Positions 13,005-25,492 of a stretch of 64,000 nucleotides of DNA are shown piece by piece; the first letter of the stretch is position 1, and each line of letters opens with the position of its first letter. The stretch comes from Squalus acanthias. Its lineage: Eukaryota. Both the position numbers and the translations under genes were made by a program. The stretch spans positions 60,638,001 through 60,702,000 of the forward strand of contig CM059432.1 in assembly GCA_030390025.1 (NCBI GenBank), in the 5' to 3' direction. Below the pieces are notes generated by a model that searched no databases, was not told the origin of the DNA, and saw nothing but the letters and a program-made list of their open reading frames with translations.

Positions 13005-13168
13005 TCATTCAGCATAGAAGTTGTTAAAAGTTGCATGAAACGGATATTTTGAATGATTCAGTCAACATTGCTAACTGCAGTACAGTACATTACAGTATAG
13101 CTATGTTGACTGAATAATTTAGAAAAGTTCATGCAGTCTTCAGCAGCTTTTTATTCTGTGATGAATGA
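13005..13168. repeat. Long imperfect inverted repeat (hairpin)
   Basis: attcagtcaacattgcta pairs with tagctatgttgactgaat; outer arms tcattca...tgcatgaa pair with ttcatgca...tgaatga. Confidence 0.75.
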
Positions 13169-13619
13169 CCCCTTTATAGCTTACTTATAGCAATCTCTGA
13201 ATTATTCAAAAAATGAATCCTGTTTTCTTCCTCTGAGTAGCTTTCTAATCTGCACTGACTGACCCCTTCACAGTTAGTTAATAATAATCGTTGACTGAAT
13301 AATCACAGCTACTCATCAGCCTCTCTAGATTTATCCTAACTGTAAAGCACACTGAGACACAGTGGACTGAAGAAGGAAAGTATTGCAGTATGTTTCCCTA
13401 CTTTTGTGGGTTGATGAGCATTATCATTCACCTGCTTGGAGTAAATGTTCCACCAGATTGTGCTCTTATACTGGGAAAATGGTGGTGTGTTGCAGACTAA
13501 GATCTTTTGTCACGTGGCAACATTGCTTACTTTGTTCGTTATGCCGTGATATATATCCTGTGGTGGTGAATCCATGTATGGGATGCAATAAAAAAGCTGA
13601 ACCACTAATTCTGTTCAAG

Positions 13620-13695
13620 ATTGCTGGACAGCCATCTCCTAGGCACTTTGAAGTGTTCTTCCACGTGGAAACTGACATTGGCGAGCTTGCACCAA
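13620..13695 (+). other. Candidate alternative or poison exon of ASXL3 (76 nt)
   Basis: Branch-like cactaat, acceptor tctgttcaag and strong donor CAA|gtaagt in non-repetitive sequence. One reading frame joins the 20545 exon in frame. Confidence 0.4.
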
Positions 13696-14949
13696 GTAAG
13701 TCAGTGAATCTTAGAAATGTCGTCCAAGGTACATTTCGATTTTTTGATTTGAGTATAAATTTATTTGCATGGTTGTTATCTTAGAAGTGATTTCAGTATG
13801 CAGTAAAACAACCAATTTATTCTTTACAAAACATTAAAATGATTTTATACCTTTTACCTTTGACTCTTAAAAGGGTTTTTTTCCCCCAAAAGGACAGAGA
13901 TAATTATAGTGATATAGCAATTTTTCCATTGATTTAACAGCTTTGATACAGGTTTTTAAAAATAGTTCTTACTACAACTTTTGTAAAGTCATTATTTTTT
14001 GCACTTCTGAATGATTTAAATTGTGGGAGTCCAGTTCTTGTTCCTGTAAGGATATTCTTTCTTTTAATAGGTCACCACTGGTTTGTGGTAGAATTGCTGA
14101 TTCTGCTGCTTCCAGTATTTTAAAGCAAAATATAATTTATATAAAAATGTTGAAACCAAGCCAGATGTAACTGTGCTGCTAAGTGATAGGCCATAGATTT
14201 GCACATGACATGTTTGCAAGCTGCAGATTTCTAACTTGGCTAAGCTGTTGGAAAATTGAAGGGCAAGTCACTCAGGCTGCTGTTATGCATCTCTTAGTGA
14301 CTGATTCAAGGGTTTGGGGAAAAGGGTACTTGCTTGCTTTCTCAGCCAGAAATGATGCATGGCGAGTGGAAAGCCTAAAGAGGAACGGAGTATAAAATAC
14401 AAAATAACGGAAGAAGAAAAAAAATTGCATGTTAAAGAGAGTAGGAGCATTCCTCCACCAGGCTTGATAAATTTTCTAATAACAAAGGTAGAAAAAACAT
14501 TCCCATTGCATAATCCTGCAGCCCCATTTTCATGCCTCTTTTTAGCAGCAGGACAAAGCCCACTGATGGATAAGTCATCATAAGGCAAATAAGACATTTC
14601 AAGACGTGCTAATCTAAAACCATTAAAGTAACAATACCTTTGGTGGAGAAATTTCATTGTGCAATGAGACACCAATGTGCAGTGTCAGAGTGGTAACACC
14701 CAGGTTCAGTCTACCAGTCCACTAGCTCCAGATCTCAGTCACCTTGCTGCAGAGAGCAGAGTGCTGAATGAGTGCCTGGTGGAGAAAATCTGATGGGGAT
14801 TCAAGGAGGTCACTCCTGTCACCTCCTCATTTCTGATGCAGAAGGTGGATGTTCTGGAAAGAACCAATAACTGGAGAAAAGGGGAATGGTTTAAAAATGC
14901 TGAGTGCCCAGAATAATACTTCTACCCTCCCAAAAATAAACTTCTTAAA

Positions 14950-15485
14950 AATTGTGTCCAATTCTGGGCACCACACTTTAGGAAGGACATGAAGGCTTTG
15001 GAGAGGGTACAGAAGAGATTTACTAGAATAGTTCCAGGGATGAGGGATTACAGTTACGTGGATAGACTGGAGAAGCTGGGGTTGTTCTTCTTAGAGCAGA
15101 GAAGGCTAAGAGGAGATTTTATAGAAGTGTTTCAAATCATGAATGGTCTAGATAGAGTAAAAAAAAGAAACTGTTTCCAAGGGCTGAAGGGTCCATAACC
15201 AGAGGGCAGAGATTTAAGGCAGAAGAACCAGAGGCGACATGAGGAAAAACTTTTTTACACAGCAAGTGGTTATGATTTGGAATGCACTGCCTGATAGGGT
15301 GGTGGATACAGATTCAGTAGTCGCCTTCAAGAGGAACTTGGATAAATACTTGGAGAAAAAATTGCAGGGATATTGAGAAAGAGGGGGGAGTGGGACTAAT
15401 TGGATTGCTCTTCGAAAGAGCTGGCGTAGACTCGATGGGTCAAATGGCCTCCTTCTGTGCTGGTACTATTCTATGATTCTATGAT
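14950..15485 (+). mobile_element. CR1 LINE 3' end
   Basis: ALERVQKRFTR...LEQRRLRGD and (attctatg)n tail. Confidence 0.9.
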
Positions 15486-16589
15486 AAAGCAGCAGTGCCA
15501 AAAACAGCCCTTTTCAAACGTCTAAGCGTGCAAAATTCAAACAAACCAGCAAGTAAGAAATATAAGCATAAATAGCTGCTTGGGCTCCAAAGGCCAGGTT
15601 GCCAAGGACAATTTGTTCAGATACCTCTGCTTTAGAGAAATGAGTGTCGGTCACTATTTTGTCAACAATTACTGTAATTTAAAGCAATCCTTTTTATGTA
15701 ACTGTTGGTTCTAATTCCATGTTGTTTTGATTATTAGTGAGTGAGCTCACTAAATACTTGATTAACATGTTTGTACTCATTAAAAAAGTTCAATAATTAG
15801 TTTTTGCATTGAAAAGTGTTGATAAAGAGATAGTTGTTTTTTTCCTAGATGTACAGTTTATGCAACATAAGCCTGAAAAAAGAACTTGTATTTGTATACT
15901 GCCTTTCATGTCCTTAGGATATCCCAAAGCGCTTCACAGCCATTGAAGTACTTTTGAAGTTTTGTCACTGTAATGTAATATAGCATCTGCTAGCATGGTC
16001 TCTGGCACTATGTAAAGTAGTTTCCCGAGCCCTGGAATAGATGTCAATCAAAATGTACTCCAATACTGCACCCCCAGGCTATGAAACTAGCTCAGTTACA
16101 TCAACTGTCTCTCACAACCAAAAGTGTTGGTCAAGGAGCCTCCACTGAGGGATGTGCTGAACGATATGTTCAATGCAGTGGCTTCAGACATTGAATGTTT
16201 GCTATAACACATGGCCAGTTTTGTTAAAATGATTTTCAGCTTTCCCCTAGTAATCACGGGTTTGGCCAGGTTGAGCCATTTCACAAAGCTTTCATTTCAG
16301 CTCTGATGTAGACGGATTCAGCTTTGCAGAAGTAATGAAGGAAGCAGTGCTGCAGACCCGAATTCTGTTGGAAGGTTGGCTCTGAAATGATTTGTGATCA
16401 GTTCAGAGAAATTCCTATTATTCCCGATGCCTATTCGAAGAGCCTATGTTAATTATGCATAACCACTTAAGTAATTTTAGCCTTGGCTCAGTGTTGGCCT
16501 TTATGTCAGAAGGTTGTGGCTTCAAGCCCCACTTCAGAATTGAACACATAATCTAGGCTGACACTTGAGGATGGGAGTGATGGACCAGA

Positions 16590-17290
16590 AGAGCTTAGTG
16601 GGGTCAGGATATGAGCAGCTGCATTTTGGACTGGTTGTAGTTCATGGAACGTGGACAAAGGAAGGCCATCACAGAGAGCATTGAAATAACTGAGTCTGGC
16701 GGTGATAAAAGCATGGATAAAGGTTTCAGTGACTGAGGGGGTAAAGTGGGGTGGAGGTGGGCAGTGTTGCAGAAGTGAAAATAAGCAGTCTTTGTAATGG
16801 AAAGAATATGGAGTTTGAAGTTCAGCTCAATGTTGAATAAGATGCCAAGGTTGAACATGGTCTTGTTGAACCTGAGTGATAGGCCAGGGAGGCCGGGTGG
16901 AATCAGTGTCAAGGTAGCAGAGTTTATGGTGAGCACCGAAAATCACATATTAAGTCATCCAAGACTTGATGCTAGGCAAGCAGCCTGAGCGCACCATAGT
17001 GGTTGGAGGAGGGCTGAGAGAAGTGGCGGACAGGTAGAGCTGGGTATTAGCAGCATACATATGAAGCTGGCCGATGCTTGAGATTATGTCACTGAGAGGC
17101 AACATATAGATGAGCCAAAGGAAGGAGCCAAGGATAGATCCTTGGGGAAAGCCTGAGGTGACAATGCAAGCTGCATCCAGATAAGTAGAAGTGGAACAAC
17201 ACAAGAGCAGTCCTACTAAGCTGGATGATGGAAGAGGGACAGTGGAGGAGAACAGTATGATCAACAATGTCAGGCAGGAATGTGCACCAC
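16590..17290 (-). mobile_element. Old L2 LINE fragment
   Basis: GFPQGSILG...IYMLPL...HMYAANTQLY and ITKTAYFH. Confidence 0.8.
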
Positions 17291-17479
17291 AGGCAATGTT
17301 CATAAGATCACAAGATAATTACAAATGAAAAAGAGCATTCTGAAAACAGCCGCTTATGCCATTTCCCTGGGGTTCTGCCAGTTTCTTACTGAAGTTACAA
17401 CAGGAGACGGGTGGAACCCCTGCAGAATTTTAGGACCACTATGTCATTGGGCTTTCCGCAGTTCACTTAGGATGTTATT

Positions 17480-18500
17480 TCCTCAAAGGAGTTAGTGTTT
17501 GATCAGGCATAATCTTCCCCTTCTGAATTCATGTTGGTTACTGTTTACTAGGTTACTATTGTACAGATACTCCTGATAATTGATGCAATTTAAATGGAAT
17601 GGAAATGAGACTACTGAATATGTAGTTGCCTGGGTCTGTTTTATCCATTTGAAAATATACACTAGATTAGCCTGATTCCACTCTACTGACACCTCTTCAG
17701 TGTGGTGACCCTCTCATAATGATTGTCAGTGCCTCACAAATGTCCTCGCCAGTCTCTTGCAGCACTCTGGGCAGAATACCTTCTACCCCTTTTGATTTGT
17801 TTGTTTTGCGATCTCTTAGCCTGTCTAGGGCATCCATTCTATTTTTTTCAATATCATTAATTTTACTTTGGTTATCTCTGTTTAGGGTAGGCATGTTATT
17901 CATGTCTTCCCTTGTAATCATTCAGAATGTTAAATATCTTGTGCTTACCCTCAGTTTCATTCAACATTAGAGGATGCCATCCATGACTTTTGCTAGGGTA
18001 GCCACATTGCTGTTCCATGAGCAAAAGCCAGACTTGAAGGATTCAAACAGGAAATTCCTGGAGAGATGGGAACAGAGCTGTAGGCAATGACAAGCTGCAG
18101 AACTTTAGAGCTAAGAGGGAGGTTAGAGATGGGTTGATGGTGAGAGAGGACAGATTCATTGAGTGTGAGTCAGGAGATGATGACCACGGTATTGAAGGGG
18201 GGAGGGATGGTGCCTGTGTAAAGGGAACTATTAACATTGTTAGCTAACATGGGGGCCAGAACCAGTAGCTGAGTGATCAGGAATTGAATGGGGAGGGGAT
18301 CTATGTGCCAGGAGGTGGGTCTCATGCAAGAGATGAGTTTTGAAAGGGCAAAGGGAGTGATGGGGAGAATCTAGAAAATGGTGCGGTATTGGGGCTGAAA
18401 TGGTTGGGAGACTGGGGGGGTCTGGGAGAAAAGGGGAGAGTAAAAGTAGGAACAGCAGGGGCAGCTACATGGATGATCTCGAACTTGGAGACAAAAAATG
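17480..18500 (-). mobile_element. Old CR1 fragment (17480-17910) and L2 fragment (18050-18500)
   Basis: KSKGVEGILPRVL and NQHEFRRGR (CR1). The purine-rich segment resembles the L2 at 60900-61450. Confidence 0.6.
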
Positions 18501-18748
18501 ATGGAGGATGTCCGCTCTAGTGAAAAAAGGGCTAATTTTCAATTCTCTCTTCATAAATATAACCCCTCATCCCTGGAATATCCTAATGGATCTATGTAGC
18601 ATCTTTTCGCTTTTAAATGCTTCCTATAAAGGCGTGCCCAAAACTCTGCACAGTTGTCCAATTGTAACCTAAATCAGGTCTTGTACAAGTTTAGAATTAC
18701 CGCCATGCTATTGTATTCTATGCCTCCAGAAACAAAGCCAAAGACTTT

Positions 18749-20389
18749 GGCTGGAATTTTCTTTATCTTGACGGGTCCGGTGCGGGCGGTGGCCATGTCG
18801 GGTCCTGACCCCACTGCTGGCTCCATCCTGCTGTAGAAAATGAACTTACCTTAATAGGGCCTGTTAAGCCCACCCAGCGCGTAACCCTGCCCAATGAGAT
18901 GGAGCGGGTCTGGTGACATCATTCAAGACGCGTTTTCAGCCGGGATCTTTAAAAGGATCATGGCCACATAACTTTTGAAGTTGAATCTAACATAGTGCTG
19001 TCAGTGCACTACAGCTTTGGAGTGCTGCAAACACTGACAATGACTGCACAGAGGCAGAGGGCTGCACCCAGTTTCTCCGATGACTCCCTCCAGATGCTTA
19101 TGGAGGGAGTCAGAGCACGCAGGGAGGTCCTCTTCCCTTCCAATGGGCAGAAGAGACCTCCCCAGGAGACCAAGACAGCCTGGTTGCAGATTGCAGAGGA
19201 GGTCACAAGCAGGGATGTGGTCAGGAGACCTGGGTGCAGTGCTGCAAACGTTTCAATGATCTCATTCGATCAGGAAACGTTGGTACAAAGCCACACTCAA
19301 CCTCATCCTGCTGTGCCTCTCATCACATCCCCATCACTCTGCCTTCCCTTCCCTGCACATCCTTACTCACGCCAACATACCTTGTACCTCTACCCATCCC
19401 TCTCTCTCTATCTACATTATCACATCCCCATCTCACTAGCCACCCCTCACACTCACCCTCATCCTAGTGCAATCATACCAACTAACAACACACAAGGGTA
19501 GCCACTTGGGTGTTTTATCCAATGTTTATGTAAAGTTTCTGTTAATGTGGTGTCAAACATAAAAATCTTTATTTTCAACACTTTCCAGTCTTGGACAGAT
19601 TTGTGTGCACCTTTGGAAGTGGCTTAGTGAGTTACAGTGAATGGTGAGACATAACAGTACCCAACACCCCCCCCCCCCCCCCACCCCAGCAATAGTGATG
19701 AGCGTGAAAGGAATGGCTTGGTCATTGTAGGGATGCTTTATGGTGTTGGTGTGAGATGGTGCCAACCTGGCGCATCATGTGGCAGCCAGGGTGTACAGCG
19801 TAAAGTTAATTAAACCTGGCCATGATGAGCATCAGGTGATTGCGGAGAAGGTTGGCGTTGGTGCTGCTGGTGTTGGGGCTCATCGTGGTCCGATTCTGAG
19901 GACCAAGGTGAGACAGTATAAATGGCACCCATGTTGATGGAATAAACGACAGGTGAAGTACAGATGACAGAAGCATTCTGTCAATGGTGAGAGAGTTCTT
20001 CTCTCTCAGGTGAGACTAGATGGAGACTTTGCTAGAAAGACTTGCAGCCTGCAGAATCTGTGCTGGAAATGGACTGAGCAACAGCTTCTGCCTGTAGAAA
20101 GTGATCATCTGTCAGGTGGGAGCTTTTACTGTACATTTCATGCTGTTAAGTAATCAGCTGGAGCAATGGCCATGGAACTCCCGCCTCAGGTTGACAGACG
20201 TGGTTCCCGAGCTGCGTGAGTCCTGTGGCCATGCAGGGAAATTTAAAAAGTATGTCAAAAAAGGCTTTTAAGTGCCTGCTAACTACCTGATAATCATCTC
20301 AATTGGGTCCCCCGACCCGCTGTCAAAAATAACAACTTTCCCACCCAACCCACCACCAATCGCGCCCGCTAACACCGGAAAATTCCGGC
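18749..20389 (+). mobile_element. Internally deleted Harbinger element carrying a frameshifted Myb/SANT exon
   Basis: TIRs ggctggaattttc and gaaaattccggct. APSFSDDSLQML...REVLFP...WLQIAEEV / QCCKRFNDL. 19495-19830 matches 3995-4315 and 19830-20389 matches 10414-10991. Confidence 0.85.
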
Positions 20390-20544
20390 TCTTGTTTGTC
20401 TTTTTCTGCACATCACGATTTGTTTGCTCCTCTATTGTAAATTTAAAATCTCTAATTTAAAATCATAGATTGAACTTCTTTGATACAAAGAGGAAGACCT
20501 ACAGTATGGTCAGTGATCCAACTTTTTCTACCTTCCTTTTCCAG

Positions 20545-20672
20545 TTTGTCCAGACCCAAAACATGTGCCTGATGTGAGTTCTTCTGCACATAATATAAGT
20601 TCTTCAACTACAGTTGCACAAAACAAGCTGATGTCTTCTACTCAACAACATACCAAAAAAGCACTAAAACAG
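20545..20672 (+). CDS. ASXL3: ASXL3 internal coding exon (equivalent to human exon 5), 128 nt, phase 1 to phase 0
   Basis: Acceptor ctttttctaccttccttttccag and donor AG|gtaagc. Translates (x)CPDPKHVPDVSSSAHNISSSTTVAQNKLMSSTQQHTKKALKQ, matching the ASXL3 motif VQSKLVSSFQQHTKKALKQ recalled from the human protein. Confidence 0.93.
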
Positions 20673-21319
20673 GTAAGCTTAAAGTATATGCAATCTTCAC
20701 TCTTTGTATAATGTTCTGGAGATTCTGTTTTACTTAATTACTTTTCCTCGTTTTGTTGCCATGTGTCAGTCAGTTAGACTCTTAACTAAACCCCTTTCAG
20801 ACTGGACCATTTATAGTGATGTTTCTCCTCCTAGGCCGAACTTGAAACGTTCTTTGCGTTAAATGTTTTATTTTCTCCCAACATATTCAGTGAACTTCAG
20901 ATCTTTTGTTTTAGGTCGGCTGGCTGTGTTTTTCCCACCCAAACTATATGATCTCAAGCGATAATTAAAGCACAAAATAAGAATGTAAGAAAATTTTGTT
21001 ATGTTGACCAGTTCTGTAGATCTGTATAATTTGGTCTATCATAGACTCTACCAACCCTATTTAATCTTAGGAAATAGATGTCTAACCATAGATAAGGTAC
21101 AAAAAAAGTTTAATTTCTCCATAACGCCACAGGAAAAGCAAGCAAAATTCATTAATTCATCAAATTTCATCAATTCAACATTTCACTGATATTGTTCACT
21201 CCTGACTGGAAGCATTCCCCAAATGGTATTGCCAAGGTTCTAGGATTATAGAACCAATGTGTTCTACACTTTCATATGATGATAAGATACTATATAAAAT
21301 ACTATTATTATCATGTCAA

Positions 21320-21685
21320 AGCCAGAATTATTTTTGAAGTGCGGCGACTGCTATGTCGGCAAATGCAGTAGCCATTTTGCACCAGCAATGTCCCATAAAC
21401 AAACAGTGCAAAGAATGTTTGTGAATCTACTTTTTAGTATTATTGGTTGAGGATAAATACTGGGTAGGGCAGTGTGAGAACTCTATGCTGTTCTTCAAAT
21501 ACTGCCATGGGATCTTTAAGATTAGGCAGATGAGACCTTGGCTTACTATTTTCTTACAGACATTGCCTCTCAATGAAGCTCTCCTTGAGCACCACACTGG
21601 AGTGTCAGGGTAGATTATGAGCTCAAACCTTCAGTATGGGGCTGTTGCCCAGAAGAAAAAATGCTACCAACTCAACAGAGGTGAT
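21320..21685 (-). mobile_element. Old Deu-domain SINE
   Basis: Diverged match to 22708-23177 (ttgaggataaatac, gccatgggatcttt, gagtgtcag). Confidence 0.65.
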
Positions 21686-21819
21686 GCAAACAAATTTTAT
21701 TTATCCTTATACTATCTTTAATCCTCCTTTTAAGCACATCGTTGATCTATTTTTTTAAAGAGCTATGTACTCCACATTCCATTAAGAATTCCATGTACTT
21801 GCTATATTCTTGAGAGAAT

Positions 21820-23495
21820 GTCCTTGAGGGGTCAAAGACAGAATCTATTTGGTTGGAAATAAGAAACAATAAAGGAGCTATTACACTACTTGGTGTATTT
21901 TATAAGCCACAAATAGTAGGAAGGAGATAGAGGAGCCGAATTGCAAAGAAATTACTAAGGGGTGCAAGAACTATAGGGTAGTGATATCGGGAGACTTTAA
22001 CTACCCCAATATTGAATGGAGCAGTGATTGTGTTAAGGACAGAGAAGGGAGGAATTTCTGAAGTGTGTTGAGGAGAATTTTCTTGACCAGTATGTTTCTT
22101 GCCCAACAAGGAAGGAGGCATTGTTGGATCTAGTCCTAGGGAATGAAGTGGGTCAAGTGGAGAATGTCACAGTCGGGGAGCACCTCGGGAGTAGTGACCA
22201 TAGTATCGTAAGGTTTAGATACGTTATGGAAAGGACAAGAAGCAATCTAGAATAAAAATACTTTACTGGAGGAGGGCTAATTTCAGCGAATTGAGGAGGG
22301 ATCTGGCCCAGGTAAATTGGAATCAAAGACTGGCAGGCAGAAATGTAATGGAGCAATGGGCGTCCTTTAAAGAGGAGATGGTTAGGATACAGTCTAGGTA
22401 CATTCCTACAAGGAGGAAAGGGAGGGCAACCAAAGCCAGAGTATGATGAAGGAGTTATAGAGTAGGATGAAGCAGAAAAAGTGGGTGTGTGACAGAAATC
22501 AACTTGATAATACAAGGGAGAATCAGGCTGAATATAAAAGTACAGAGGAGAAGTGGAAAAGGAAATAAGAGGGGCAAAGAGACAGTAGGAGAATAGATTG
22601 GTGGCAAACATAAAAGGTCTTCTGTAGGCATATTAACAGTAAAAGGGTTGTCAGCGGAGTGGTGAGGCTGGTTAGGGACCAAAATGGAGATCTATTGGTG
22701 GAGGTAGAAAAAAGAAAGAAAGACTTGCATTTATAAAGCGCCTTTCACAATCTCAGGACGTCCCAAAGCGATTTACAGCCAATGAATTATTTTTGAAGTA
22801 TAGTCACTGTTGTAATATAGGAAACACAGCAGCCAATTTGCACACAGCAAGCTCCCACAAACAGTAATGCGATAATGACCAGATAATCTGTTTTTGTGAA
22901 GTTGATTGAGGGATAAATATTGACCAGGACACCGGGGATAACTCCCCTGCTCTTCAAAATAATGCCATGGGATCTTTTACACCCACCTGAGAGAGCAGAC
23001 GGGGCCTCAGTTTAACATCTCATCTGAAGGACAGCACCTCCAACAGTGCAGCACTCCCTCAGCACTGTACTAAAGTGTCAGCCTAGATTTTTGTGCTCAA
23101 GTCTCTGGAGTGGAACTTGAACCCACAACCTTCTGACTCAGGCGAGAATGCTACCCCCTGAGCCACAGCTGTCACCGAAGGCATGGATGAGGTACTAAAT
23201 GGATACTTTGCATCGGTGTTTACCAAGGAAGAGGACTTTGCCAAAACTATGTTAAACGAGGAAGTTGCTGGGATACTGGATGAGATAAAAATAGATGAAG
23301 AGGTGGTACTAGAAAGGCTGGCAGTAATTAAAGTGGATAAGTCACCCGGCCCGGATGGGATGCATCCTAGGTTGCTGAGGGAAGCAATGGTAGAAATTGG
23401 GGAGCTGCTGGCCACAATCTTCCAATCCTCCTTAGATACGAGGTGGTGCCAAAGGACTGGAGGATTGCAAATGTTACACACTTGTTCAAAAAAGG
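21820..23495 (+). mobile_element. CR1 ORF2 fragment (APE to RT), interrupted by SINE
   Basis: GDFNYP and HLGSSDH-type segments; YFASVFTKE...KSPGPDGMHPR (23183-23536). Confidence 0.88.
22708..23177 (-). mobile_element. tRNA-derived Deu-domain SINE (SacSINE1-like) with L2-type tail
   Basis: Minus strand has A box gtggctcaggggtag, B box ggttcaagttcc, central aaagatcccatggca...ccccggtgtcctgg and tail aaggcgctttataaatgcaag(tctt)n shared with L2. Confidence 0.85.
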
Positions 23496-24421
23496 GCCCT
23501 TCCCCGCCCCTTACTCCCACCTTCATAAGAAGGTAAGGTGTGGTTCCCATTCCTTGATGTCTTGTTTTTGTCTGCTGGAGTATCTCTGCATGCATATTAA
23601 GATAGAAATTAAGTTGACTGTTTTCATTTTTTTACATTCCTAAAGGTTATATCTGGAACCATACAGCCATCCTGTCCTATTAACAGCAATTATATACAGT
23701 ATTTTTAACTTCCCTTGAGCTATCTAGTCAATTTTAGTTTCTCTTTCTATCTCTTTGCTGCTGCCAATATCTTTCTGTGTTGCCACAGTGATAGTGATGT
23801 AGCTTTGTGGCTTGTTTCCGTTCAGGTTCATTGTAGTTTTTATCATTTTCCTGTCAATCCCACCCATCAGTTGCTAGTAGGGAAGTCCCACACTAAAGAG
23901 AAATCTCCATGCACACAACTCATTCTTTTCCAGCCCTATAGAGAGTCACTTTAGGAAGAGAAATCCATTCACTCAGGCCTCACACTGCTCTGTTTTTGTG
24001 CTTCTCCTGGCACTAGTGGAACCTCCTACAGATGACCTCTTATTAACACACTCTTGTTTAACTGGAGAACAATAGAAAAAAAGAGGAATGGTACTGATTC
24101 GCAACACGAAAACATACCACAGCAGGGCAACTCTGAACAGAGGCAAAATGAGAAAGCACCAGGAGAGGCAGATAGAAAAAGAAAAATGCTACTAATGCTT
24201 TAGCATTGTGATATTAAATGTATTCTGAAAGAACATAAAAAGGGCATGGAACAAGATAAGGCTATTTGACTCATAAAGCCCATGCCTTTTACGATCTATA
24301 CGATCCACTCAATCAAGGAGTACACCCATTTATTTAATTTCCTGAGGAATGGTTTAGAAGTTTCTTTACATTCTCAAAGATAAATCAAGCAAAACTTTAG
24401 AATATAAATCTAATCCTTGAC

Positions 24422-24573
24422 AGCAATGTTCCCCCTAGTTTTTTTTTGGGTGCGCGGTCTCTTTAACGAGCTACGCAGCCCGTTCAAAGTTTCATGCATG
24501 TGCAAAATTTCACATTTGAAAAGCCGGTCCCGGGCTGTGCAGGACCGGCAGACAGCCACGCGGCAACATTGCT
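24422..24573. mobile_element. Short MITE-like element
   Basis: Inverted termini agcaatgtt and aacattgct around a GC-rich core. Confidence 0.45.
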
Positions 24574-24634
24574 TGGCCGTGTTCTTCATTGTCTCAAAGA
24601 GAGAAATAACAGAGGCTATATAATTTTTTGATAA

Positions 24635-24935
24635 AACTAGCTTGCTAGGCCATTTCAGAGGGCAGTTAAGAGTCAGCCGCATTGCTGTGGGTCTGGAGTC
24701 ACATAGAGGCCAGACCAGGTAAGGATGGCAGTTTTCCTTCCCTAAAGGACATTAGTGAACTTGATGGGTTCAGTAGTTTCATGGTCACCATTACTATCTT
24801 TTTATTCCAGATTTATTTAAATAACTGAATTTAAATTCCCCAGCTGGCGTGGTGGGATTTGAACTCACGTTTCCGGATCATAAGTCCAGGCCTCTGGATT
24901 ACTAGTCCAGTAACATAACCACAATGCTACCATTC
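24635..24935 (-). mobile_element. tRNA-derived SINE (second family), partial
   Basis: Reverse-complement match to 29416-29720. Confidence 0.8.
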
Positions 24936-25492
24936 CCAGATCTAGTTGAAGCATAGGAATTTCTTTGCAGTACAGGATAAGGAGCTGGGAGATCCAAAAC
25001 TGAGGCATTACAGCACAAGTACTGGTAAGAGGATGCAATTATAGTATGACAAATTTACATAGGCAGTTTCCATTATAAATGTGGACATAAAAATTTATAA
25101 AGGTAAATTTGACACAGGAAGTGCGTGCAGACATTAGATTTTTAATTTTGATATATTATAGATATATGTTTATAGTAGATCCTCCCATGGTGTTGTTCAC
25201 AGTGAGTTGGACCATAACAGCAGTGGTGCTGTGTCATAAAATGTAATATCAGTAGGGTTAGTGGTTTACAGGACTGACTAAATTAAACTGTCTGTGTTTT
25301 AAAGTTTGAATTCCTGTATTCTGTCCATTTTTTCATAAACTGTAAATCAGCTGTCATTATTATATGGTTCTTTATCTAGCCCTACCTCAATTTTTAATCT
25401 TTTTTAAAAGCGCATGGTACAAAGCAAGATAGTAAGCAAGATATATCAGAATGAGGTGATGCCTAGCAAATAACAACATTAATTAATTAATC

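Noticed and set aside
14330..14583. Acceptor-like ttgctttctcag followed by a 74-aa ORF
   Set aside because: No ASXL similarity and no convincing donor.
23100..23177. tRNA-like A/B boxes (also 28820-28888, 29416-29500, 62665-62728)
   Set aside because: SINE heads, not complete cloverleaf tRNA genes.
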